Shown: positions 8,585 to 15,517 of the stretch, piece by piece
Layout: the number at the start of each line of letters is the position of its first letter
Numbering within the stretch: position 1 is the stretch's first letter
Assembly: GCA_934613415.1 (NCBI GenBank)
Contig: CAKTSY010000001.1
Span: 480,001 to 512,000 of the forward strand
Direction: 5' to 3'
Origin: an uncultured Opitutales bacterium
GTDB taxonomy: Bacteria; Verrucomicrobiota; Verrucomicrobiia; Opitutales; Intestinicryptomonadaceae
Length of the DNA stretch: 32,000 bases
Notes under the pieces: generated by a model
Seen by the model: only the letters and a program-made list of their open reading frames with translations
The model's database searches: none
Told to the model about the DNA's origin: nothing
Translations under genes and position numbers: made by a program

Positions 8585-9772
8585 ATGAATATACACGAAT
8601 ATCAAGCAAAAGAATTGTTCAAGAATTACGGAGTCGCAGTTGCAAACGGAGTTGCCGTTCAAAAGGCGGAAGATTTCTCCAATGCAATCTCGCAGCTTTC
8701 GGGCGACGAAATCGTCGTAAAAAGCCAGATTCACGCTGGCGGCCGCGGCAAAGGCACGTTTAAAGACGGCTATCAGGGCGGCGTTCACGTTGCCAAAAAG
8801 ACCGAAGCCGAAGCCATTGCAAACAAAATGCTCGGCAATGTTTTGGTTACAAAACAGACAGGCCCTGCAGGCAAAACGGTAAACACAATCTACTTTACCG
8901 AATGCACAAACATTCAAAAAGAATACTATTTTGCAATAGTAATGGACAGGGAATCGAGCAAGGTTGCCATTATTGCCTCTACTGAAGGCGGTATGGACAT
9001 CGAAAAGGTTGCCGAAGAAAAACCCGACAAGCTCCTTAAAGTTTTTGTTAACCCCGAATTCGGTTTGCAGCCCTTCCAAATCAGGGAATTGGCATTCTTC
9101 TTGGGCTTTGGCGAAAAGGCTTTAATGAAGCAGTTTACAGCCATAGCCAAGGGTTTGTACAACCTCTTCTGGGAAAAAGACTGCTCTATTGTTGAAGTTA
9201 ACCCCTTGATTTTAAGCGACGACAACAGAATTGTTGCCCTCGACGCTAAGGTTGTTTTCGACGACAACGCGGTATTCCGCCACCCCGACATTGCGGCTTT
9301 GCGCGACGTAACCGAAGAAGACCCCAAAGAAGTAGAAGCCAAAAAGTTCGAACTTAACTACATTAAGCTCGACGGTAATATTGCCTGCATGGTTAACGGC
9401 GCAGGCTTGGCTATGGCTACAATGGACATCATTAAGCACTTCGGAGGCGAACCCGCAAACTTCCTAGACGTAGGCGGTTCGGCTAACGAAGAGGCAATTA
9501 CCGGCGCATTCAAGATTTTGCTTAGCGACGAAAACACAAAGGGCATTTTAATCAACATCTTCGGCGGCATTATGAGATGCGACGTTATCGCAAAAGGCGT
9601 AATTGCAGCTTCGAAGAACGTTAACTTGCAGTTGCCCCTTGTTGTAAGACTTGAAGGCACAAACGTAGCCGAAGGCAAAAAGCTTTTGGCCGAAAGCGGC
9701 ATCAACTTGGTAGCGGCCGACTCGCTTAAAGACGCGGCCGAAAAGATAGTAAAAATTGTCAACAACAAATAA
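8585..9772 (+). CDS. sucC: Succinyl-CoA synthetase (ADP-forming) beta subunit
   Basis: MNIHEYQAKELFKNYGV start, ATP-grasp blocks (VVKSQIHAGGRGKG) and the C-terminal ligase-CoA domain (NIACMVNGAGLAMATMD, INIFGGIMRCD). sucD follows 9 nt later. Confidence 0.95.
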   Translation: MNIHEYQAKELFKNYGVAVANGVAVQKAEDFSNAISQLSGDEIVVKSQIHAGGRGKGTFKDGYQGGVHVAKKTEAEAIANKMLGNVLVTKQTGPAGKTVNTIYFTECTNIQKEYYFAIVMDRESSKVAIIASTEGGMDIEKVAEEKPDKLLKVFVNPEFGLQPFQIRELAFFLGFGEKALMKQFTAIAKGLYNLFWEKDCSIVEVNPLILSDDNRIVALDAKVVFDDNAVFRHPDIAALRDVTEEDPKEVEAKKFELNYIKLDGNIACMVNGAGLAMATMDIIKHFGGEPANFLDVGGSANEEAITGAFKILLSDENTKGILINIFGGIMRCDVIAKGVIAASKNVNLQLPLVVRLEGTNVAEGKKLLAESGINLVAADSLKDAAEKIVKIVNNK

Positions 9773-9781
9773 GGATTTACA

Positions 9782-10663
9782 ATGAGCGTACTGGTAAATA
9801 AAGACACAAGAGTAGTAGTTAGCGGCATCACCGGTTCTGCGGGCGGTTTCCACGCAAAACTTTGCATGGAATACGGCACAAAAATTGTTGCGGGCGTAAC
9901 CCCCGGCAAAGGCGGCCAGCTTTTCGACGGCAAAGTTCCGGTATTTAACACAATTAAAGAATCGGTTGCAAAAGAAGGCGCAAACGCTTGCATGATATTC
10001 GTTCCTCCGGCGTTCGCGGCAGACTCGATTATGGAAGCTATCGACGCAAAGATTCCCCTAATCGTTTGCATAACCGAAGGCATTCCCGTTAAGGATATGG
10101 CTTTGGTTAAGGCTCGCTTGAACGCTCCCGACAGCGTTTCAAGGCTTATCGGCCCCAACTGCCCCGGCATTATCACTCCCGACGAATGCAAGATCGGCAT
10201 TATGCCAGGCTACATTCACAAAAGAGGCAATATCGGCATTGTAAGCCGCTCGGGCACTCTTACATACGAAGCCGTTTGGCAGACAACCCAGTTGGGCTTT
10301 GGTCAAAGCACTGTTATAGGCATTGGCGGCGACCCGATTAACGGCACAAGCCACATCGACGCTTTAAAGATGTTCAACGACGACCCCGAAACAGAAGCCA
10401 TTATTATGATTGGCGAAATCGGCGGCACAGGCGAACAGAAAGCAGCCGAATGGGTAAAGAAAAACTGCAAAAAACCCGTTGCAGCCTTCATTGCTGGAGC
10501 AACAGCTCCCAAAGGCAAAAGAATGGGCCACGCAGGCGCAATTATCGCAGGCCGTTCGGGCTCTGCAGCCGACAAGATTGCCGCTCTTAAAGACGCGGGC
10601 ATTGCGGTTGCTCCCACCCCATCGGATATGGGTATTACCCTTAAGGAACACTGGGGCAAATAA
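9782..10663 (+). CDS. sucD: Succinyl-CoA synthetase alpha subunit
   Basis: [33 protein letters not shown] and the phosphohistidine loop MGHAGAII. Confidence 0.95.
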   Translation: MSVLVNKDTRVVVSGITGSAGGFHAKLCMEYGTKIVAGVTPGKGGQLFDGKVPVFNTIKESVAKEGANACMIFVPPAFAADSIMEAIDAKIPLIVCITEGIPVKDMALVKARLNAPDSVSRLIGPNCPGIITPDECKIGIMPGYIHKRGNIGIVSRSGTLTYEAVWQTTQLGFGQSTVIGIGGDPINGTSHIDALKMFNDDPETEAIIMIGEIGGTGEQKAAEWVKKNCKKPVAAFIAGATAPKGKRMGHAGAIIAGRSGSAADKIAALKDAGIAVAPTPSDMGITLKEHWGK

Positions 10664-10696
10664 TTAACCCCCAAGCAAATTGCATAAAAGAAACAA

Positions 10697-10724
10697 AGCC
10701 CCGAAATTTCGGGGCTTTTGTTTT
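10697..10724. terminator. Bidirectional rho-independent terminator shared by sucD (+) and the sigma factor gene (-)
   Basis: Perfect palindrome agccccgaaa/tttcggggct (10697-10716), flanked by an A-rich run upstream and tttgtttt downstream. It sits between convergent genes. Confidence 0.7.
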
Positions 10725-10749
10725 AAATATGCGAATATAAAATTTTTAA

Positions 10750-11472
10750 TTAGTTGTTTTCCAACCTTGTGCGCATTGCCTTTAATGCGCTTGAATGTAT
10801 TTGGCAAATTCTAGCCTCAGTAAGGTTCATTGTTTGCGCAATTTCGCCCAAACGCCTGCCTTCAAAATAATACATTTGCACAACCTTTTTCTGGTTTTCG
10901 GGCAGCAAGCGCAGCCTGTCGCGAACCAAAGCTTTATCTTCCTTCCTTTCAAGACGTTCGCGCCCGCTTACGGCGTTTTCGTCTTCTATAACGTCGGCCA
11001 AATTAAGCGAAACATCGCCCGCATCGTACGAATCGTTTATTGAAATAAAGCTTATGGGCTCGGTGCGCGCCTTAATTTTTCTGAACTTTTTGGGCGAAAC
11101 GCCCATGGCATTTCTAAGCTCGTCGTCGTTGGGGGTGCGCCCAAGTTTTTGCTCTAAAGAGTCGCTTAGCTTTTCCATACTCTTGGCTTCCGCCCTTGCC
11201 GAGCGCGGCATATAGTCTATCTTGCGCAACTCGTCAATAATTGCGCCCCTTACCCTAAGCGAGGCGTAGGCCCCAAAAGTTCCAGCCTTCTTTTCGTCGT
11301 AGTTGCTAACTGCACTAACCAACCCGCTAACGCCCACCGACTCAAGCTCGTCTAAATCGGCGTGGCTCGGCAGCTTGTAGCGCATAGAGTTTATTATATT
11401 TTTAACCATTGGGTAGTTGCTTTTAAGCAAACTTTTTTGATTGTCCGTCAATACTTTTACTTGCGACGCCAT
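10750..11472 (-). CDS. fliA: RNA polymerase sigma factor, FliA/WhiG (sigma-28) family
   Basis: 240 aa. Region 2 (GAYASLRVRGAIIDELRK), region 3 and the region 4.2 HTH (GEIAQTMNLTEARICQIHSSALKAMR). Size and the absence of region 1.1 fit group-3 sigma factors. Confidence 0.8.
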   Translation of the reverse strand: MASQVKVLTDNQKSLLKSNYPMVKNIINSMRYKLPSHADLDELESVGVSGLVSAVSNYDEKKAGTFGAYASLRVRGAIIDELRKIDYMPRSARAEAKSMEKLSDSLEQKLGRTPNDDELRNAMGVSPKKFRKIKARTEPISFISINDSYDAGDVSLNLADVIEDENAVSGRERLERKEDKALVRDRLRLLPENQKKVVQMYYFEGRRLGEIAQTMNLTEARICQIHSSALKAMRTRLENN

Positions 11473-11503
11473 TTTCTTGCCTTTTGTTCCTTACGTTTTG
11501 TTT

Positions 11504-11533
11504 ACAGCAAAAACCCAGCCAAATTTTTGCTGT
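11504..11533. repeat. Perfect 10-bp inverted repeat in the sigma factor gene leader/promoter-proximal region
   Basis: acagcaaaaa (11504-11513) pairs with tttttgctgt (11524-11533) across a 10-nt spacer. It lies 31 nt upstream of the minus-strand ATG at 11472. Confidence 0.5.
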
Positions 11534-11536
11534 CTA

Positions 11537-11565
11537 TATTTATGTTGGTGTTCAGAATCTTACAA
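11537..11565 (-). promoter_or_regulatory. Sigma-70-like promoter candidate for the sigma-28 gene
   Basis: On the minus strand: TTGTAA (11565-11560), a 17-nt spacer, then TAAATA (11542-11537). The inverted repeat begins 3 nt downstream. Confidence 0.3.
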
Positions 11566-11702
11566 AAAGCGCGAAAGTGCCTGCTTGGGCAAATTTGTCG
11601 CACTTGCGTGAAATATTTTCCCTAAAGAAAAGACGTGCCCGCTTTTATTTGAGCGCGTAGACTTTTTAAGCTTCTATATTTATATCGTCAAGTATAAAAT
11701 TT

Positions 11703-11755
11703 TATAATAAAAAACATATTTTTTTTAAAAATATGTTGAATTATTCGAATTATTC
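11703..11755 (+). promoter_or_regulatory. TATAAT hexamer + 11-bp perfect palindrome + 2 x 9-bp tandem repeat upstream of the DUF2062 gene
   Basis: tataat at 11703-11708. aacatattttt (11713-11723) pairs with aaaaatatgtt (11727-11737). gaattattc occurs twice in tandem (11738-11746 and 11747-11755). ATG at 11776. Confidence 0.35.
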
Positions 11756-11775
11756 TCCACTATTTTCGGGCATAT

Positions 11776-12369
11776 ATGACCGAAATTTCGCCGGAAACAC
11801 AACTACGCTACAAACGCATACGAAGGGTAAAAAAGCTTTTGCGCCCAATGCCCCGCAGAACCAATTTGGAACGCTACCCAATTTTAAAGTATTTTGCCAA
11901 CTATGCCAGAAAAAGCATTTATATTTGGAGCTTTAAAAAGGGCAATGTTAGCCGCGCTATATATATTGGCTGGTTTATTGCGTTAATACCAATGTACGGC
12001 GCGCAGATGGCGGTTGCGTTTTTGTTTTCTTTGCTATTTAGGGCAAACTGTTTGGTTGCAATGGCTTTGCAATGGATAACAAACCCCATAACCATACCCC
12101 CTATCCTTTACGGACAATTTTTAATTGGGCAATTTTTGTACCTTAAAATTTACAAGCCCGAATTTATACCCACCGAAAACCTTGTTGAATTGTTAAAAGA
12201 AAAAGGTTTTGAAGCCTTGGTTGCAACCCTTACAAATGCCGACACCATTCTTTATTTGGTTGTTTGTGTGCTGCTAGGGGGCGTGGTAATTTCAATTTCA
12301 GGCGCGGTTATTACCGACATAGTTTACAGACTTTACGTTTCAAGGTTTTCGAATGCAAAAAATAGTTAA
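11776..12369 (+). CDS. DUF2062 family membrane protein
   Basis: Basic N-terminus, then SRAIYIGWFIALIPMYGAQMAVAFLFSLLFRANCLVAMALQWITNPITIPPILY, which matches the conserved DUF2062 core (..P..G....a......R.N........NP.T..P). Confidence 0.65.
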   Translation: MTEISPETQLRYKRIRRVKKLLRPMPRRTNLERYPILKYFANYARKSIYIWSFKKGNVSRAIYIGWFIALIPMYGAQMAVAFLFSLLFRANCLVAMALQWITNPITIPPILYGQFLIGQFLYLKIYKPEFIPTENLVELLKEKGFEALVATLTNADTILYLVVCVLLGGVVISISGAVITDIVYRLYVSRFSNAKNS

Positions 12370-13597
12370 ACTTGTTTTTATTTTTTTATCGCTGTTTTCG
12401 GCACTTAGCCTAAACGCCAAAGTAAAACTGGGCATAGACGTTTTAGAGGAAATGCAGTTTGCCCCGCTTTGGAACAAAAGGGTTGGGCTACTTACGCACC
12501 CTGCGGGCGTAAACAACAAAGGCGTTAGCACTATAGACGTTTTAATGCGCGCAAAAAACGTAAATCTTACGGCTCTATACGGCCCCGAGCACGGAATTTA
12601 CGGCAACGAAAAGGCGAACGTGCCCGTAGAGCACAAAATAGACAAAAGAACTGGGCTGCCCGTCTATTCGCTATACGGCAAATACCGCAAGCCTACGCCC
12701 GAAATGCTTAAGGGCATAGACATTCTTGTTATAGATTTGCAGGATATAGGCTGCCGCTCTTATACTTATGTAAGTTGTATGATAAGGGCAATGGAGGCTT
12801 GTTTTGAAAATCAAAAGCAGGTTTTGGTTTTAGACCGCCCCAACCCGCTCGGCGGCCTTAAGATAGACGGTCCTATGCTGGATATGAAATTTAAAAGCTA
12901 TGTGGGAATGATTAACGTTCCCTACGTTCACGGGCTAACCATTGGCGAAATCGCAAAAATGGCAAAGTCCACAAAAGGCTGGCTGGAAATAACATCCAAG
13001 CAGCAGGCAAACGGCAAGCTAAAGGTAATCCCGATGAAGGGTTGGACACGCTCTATGCGCTGGCCCGTCACGGGTTTAAAATGGGTTCCCACAAGCCCCG
13101 CCATTCCCGACTTTTCGGCGGTAGTAGGCTATTCTATGACGGGTCTTGGCTGCCAAATTGGCCCATTCCAGCACGGATACGGAATGGGCTATCCTTTCAG
13201 GTTTTTAACTTACGGGAAACTTCCCGCCTCTAAAATAAAAAGGGCTCTTTCGGCAAAAAACATTGCAGGAATATCTTTTACGGAATATACCATAAACACG
13301 CCCAAAGGCAAAAAAAACGGGCTTTACGTTTCGGTAGACGATTGGGAAAAATTTAAGCCTACCCAGCTTAGTTTTTACCTAATGCAAATTACCTGCGAAT
13401 TTGAAAGCAAAAACCCCTTTGCCGCGGCAAAGGCAAACGACGCTTTGCTTTTCAATAAACACACGGGTTCGCAGGCGTGGTGGAACGAAATTTCCACAAA
13501 AGGCAAAAACGCCTATGTCGGCAAATTTATAAGAATGTGGGACGCCCGAAACGCCGAATATGCATTGTGGGCAAAAAAGTTCTATCTGTATAAATAA
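12353..13597 (+). CDS. namZ: DUF1343 / NamZ-like exo-beta-N-acetylmuramidase, secreted
   Basis: Signal peptide (LSLFSALSLNA-KV). DUF1343 blocks are RVGLLTHPAGV, LYGPEHGIYG, VIDLQDIGCRSYTY, VLDRPNPLGG and PYVHGLTIGE. It overlaps the preceding gene by 17 nt. Confidence 0.8.
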   Translation: MQKIVKLVFIFLSLFSALSLNAKVKLGIDVLEEMQFAPLWNKRVGLLTHPAGVNNKGVSTIDVLMRAKNVNLTALYGPEHGIYGNEKANVPVEHKIDKRTGLPVYSLYGKYRKPTPEMLKGIDILVIDLQDIGCRSYTYVSCMIRAMEACFENQKQVLVLDRPNPLGGLKIDGPMLDMKFKSYVGMINVPYVHGLTIGEIAKMAKSTKGWLEITSKQQANGKLKVIPMKGWTRSMRWPVTGLKWVPTSPAIPDFSAVVGYSMTGLGCQIGPFQHGYGMGYPFRFLTYGKLPASKIKRALSAKNIAGISFTEYTINTPKGKKNGLYVSVDDWEKFKPTQLSFYLMQITCEFESKNPFAAAKANDALLFNKHTGSQAWWNEISTKGKNAYVGKFIRMWDARNAEYALWAKKFYLYK

Positions 13598-13619
13598 TTA
13601 CCGTAAAATTTTTCCAACG

Positions 13620-13649
13620 CCGCACAAAATTGTGCGGTTTTTTTGTTTT
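13620..13649 (+). terminator. Rho-independent terminator after namZ
   Basis: Stem ccgcaca (13620-13626) pairs with tgtgcgg (13631-13637) around loop aaat, followed by tttttttgtttt. Confidence 0.75.
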
Positions 13650-13677
13650 CACAAAAAGCCGACTTTTCAAAAAAATC

Positions 13678-13706
13678 TTTACACAAAAAACGCTTTTCCT
13701 TAGTAT
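13678..13706 (+). promoter_or_regulatory. Sigma-70-like promoter candidate for the 13.7-20.3 kb operon
   Basis: TTTACA (13678-13683), a 17-nt spacer, then TAGTAT (13701-13706). Only 9 nt separate the -10 from ATG 13716, and no SD is visible. Confidence 0.45.
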
Positions 13707-13715
13707 CTGCATATT

Positions 13716-15515
13716 ATGCTAAAATATATGATGTCCACCATTTTGGTATCGGCGGCGTTATTGTCGTCGGTATTTTCGTTTAACTGCAATGCACAAAACA
13801 AACCTTTTTTCGAAAAAGACGGCATCCGCTGCGCCGAAAGAGTTTTGTCTGCCGACGACATTGCAAGCTTAAGAGACCAAGTTAAGCGCACAATGCACAA
13901 GTTCGACACAAGCGAAAATATGCTTGTATCTAAAATAAACGGCTGGAACTACCATACCGACGCGCAAAAAGCTACAAACTATCACCCTGTAAGAGACTCG
14001 CTTAGCTATGCGTGGGTGCTGCTCGCCTCGAACGACCCAGCGGTTTTGCCCTTGGCCGAAAAGTGCATACAAAACACCTGCGCCTTGCAGGAAAAAGACG
14101 CCACAAAACCCTATTACGGAGTTTGGCCGTATTATAAGGAAGAGCCGCTCGCCACAAAAAAATCGCCCATAGACTACAACTGGGCCGATTTTTGCGGAGT
14201 GTCGCTGCTTGAAATATATATAGACTTTAACAGCCGCCTAAGCGACAGGACAAAAGAGGTAATGAGAGAATCCATAATAAAGGCGTGTCAGGCGGTAAAA
14301 AAGCGCAACGTTACGGTTAGCTACACAAACATTGCAATTATGGGCACATACTTAACGTATACAGCGTCGCGCCTTTTCGATTTGCCCGAGATAAAAGACT
14401 ATTCAAACGCAAAGCTCAACGCATTTTTAAACTTTACCCGCGAAAACAACGGCTTTGAGGAATTCAACAGCCCCACCTACACTATTGTAGCTTTAGAAGA
14501 GCTTGCGCGCCTAAAGGAAAGAATTACCAACCCCGAAGATTCAAAAAAGGTGGACGAACTTGTGGACTACGGCTGGAGCATGATTGCGCGCCACTGGCAC
14601 AAGCCCACAATGCAGTGGGCAGGCCCCAACAGCAGGTCGTATAGCAGCATTTCGGGCAACCATGTTCTGGCTTTTATCGACAAAGCATTAGACGGAAAAT
14701 TGAAGACGGGGCTGCGCCGCTACGGATACAGCCTTTCGTCGAACTGCAAAGTGCCCGAAAAATTCCAAAGCTACTTTTTAGACCCGAAATATCCGCGCGT
14801 TGAAAGGGATATTTTCGTAAAAAAAGAACCCCAAATGACGGGCGTATGCTCGCTTACAAACGACTACGCTTTCGGCACGCTAAACCGCTCGCTAATGTGG
14901 AACCAGCGCAGGCCATTTTCTGTATACTTTTTAAGCAACGGCAAAGCCGCCTGTATGACGGTGAGAATGTATGTTGACTTCTACGACTTTTCGTGCGGAA
15001 GAATGTTCACCGAAAGAAGGGGCGAAAGAACGCTGTCGTTTATAAACTTTATAAAGAACTACGGCGTTAAACACCCGTGGATTGGCGGCCTAAAAGACGG
15101 CATATTCGAAGCCAAAGATATAAGAATTAGATTTGCGCTTGAAAACTGCAATAAGGCAGAATGGAACAACCCCAAGGAATGGAACAGCCCCGTATTTTTC
15201 AAAGCGGGCAACCAGCTGTTTTCGGCGGCGTTAATGTATGCCGAGTTCGACGACCTGCCAAATGGCAGATGGGAAACCTCGTCCGACAAAAAGGGAACTT
15301 ATGTAGACTACATTATATATTCGGGCAGCCCACGCAAATTCAACCTGCAAAAGATGAACAAGGCTGGCTTTATTTTCGGCTTCGAGCTTAATCCGAAAAA
15401 CGCAAGCGCCGAAGAACCCGAAATAGACGAAAACGGCAACGCCGTATCGGCTTCGTGGAAGGGCTTGAAAATTAGGGGAACAGTTAAACCAACTTGGTCG
15501 GAAAGGAATTTGTAA
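13716..15515 (+). CDS. Secreted 599-aa protein of unrecognised family (helix-rich N-half, strand-rich C-half by composition)
   Basis: Long ORF with a Sec signal peptide (STILVSAALLSSVFSFNCNA-QN). I recognise no catalytic motif. It is the first gene of the operon, and its stop lies 2 nt before the GH88 start. Confidence 0.8.
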   Translation: MLKYMMSTILVSAALLSSVFSFNCNAQNKPFFEKDGIRCAERVLSADDIASLRDQVKRTMHKFDTSENMLVSKINGWNYHTDAQKATNYHPVRDSLSYAWVLLASNDPAVLPLAEKCIQNTCALQEKDATKPYYGVWPYYKEEPLATKKSPIDYNWADFCGVSLLEIYIDFNSRLSDRTKEVMRESIIKACQAVKKRNVTVSYTNIAIMGTYLTYTASRLFDLPEIKDYSNAKLNAFLNFTRENNGFEEFNSPTYTIVALEELARLKERITNPEDSKKVDELVDYGWSMIARHWHKPTMQWAGPNSRSYSSISGNHVLAFIDKALDGKLKTGLRRYGYSLSSNCKVPEKFQSYFLDPKYPRVERDIFVKKEPQMTGVCSLTNDYAFGTLNRSLMWNQRRPFSVYFLSNGKAACMTVRMYVDFYDFSCGRMFTERRGERTLSFINFIKNYGVKHPWIGGLKDGIFEAKDIRIRFALENCNKAEWNNPKEWNSPVFFKAGNQLFSAALMYAEFDDLPNGRWETSSDKKGTYVDYIIYSGSPRKFNLQKMNKAGFIFGFELNPKNASAEEPEIDENGNAVSASWKGLKIRGTVKPTWSERNL

Positions 15516-15517
15516 TT

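Noticed and set aside
8507-9079. 190-aa minus-strand ORF overlapping the sucC 5' region
   Set aside because: It is a shadow ORF antisense to sucC. Its product is Cys/Phe-rich with no recognisable domain, and its upstream part runs into the AT-rich promoter region.
9358-10200. 280-aa ORF on the minus strand spanning the sucC/sucD junction
   Set aside because: It lies entirely antisense to two highly conserved, clearly real genes. Its translation is low-complexity (Ser/Pro/Ala/Leu-rich), as expected for the shadow frame of codon-biased genes, and it has no SD or promoter context.
11733-11936. 67-aa ORF overlapping the start of the DUF2062 gene in another frame
   Set aside because: It begins inside the palindrome/tandem-repeat control region and overlaps the better-supported DUF2062 frame. 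It has no domain features.
15494-15517. Track TTG start for GH88, and similarly 18220 for the SDR and 8202 for DUF1080
   Set aside because: For GH88 and the SDR, an ATG just after the upstream stop codon is the more plausible start (15518, preceded by ggaaagga, and 18247). For DUF1080, ATG 8193 gives a canonical signal-peptide N-terminus. The longer versions overlap upstream genes or add atypical residues.
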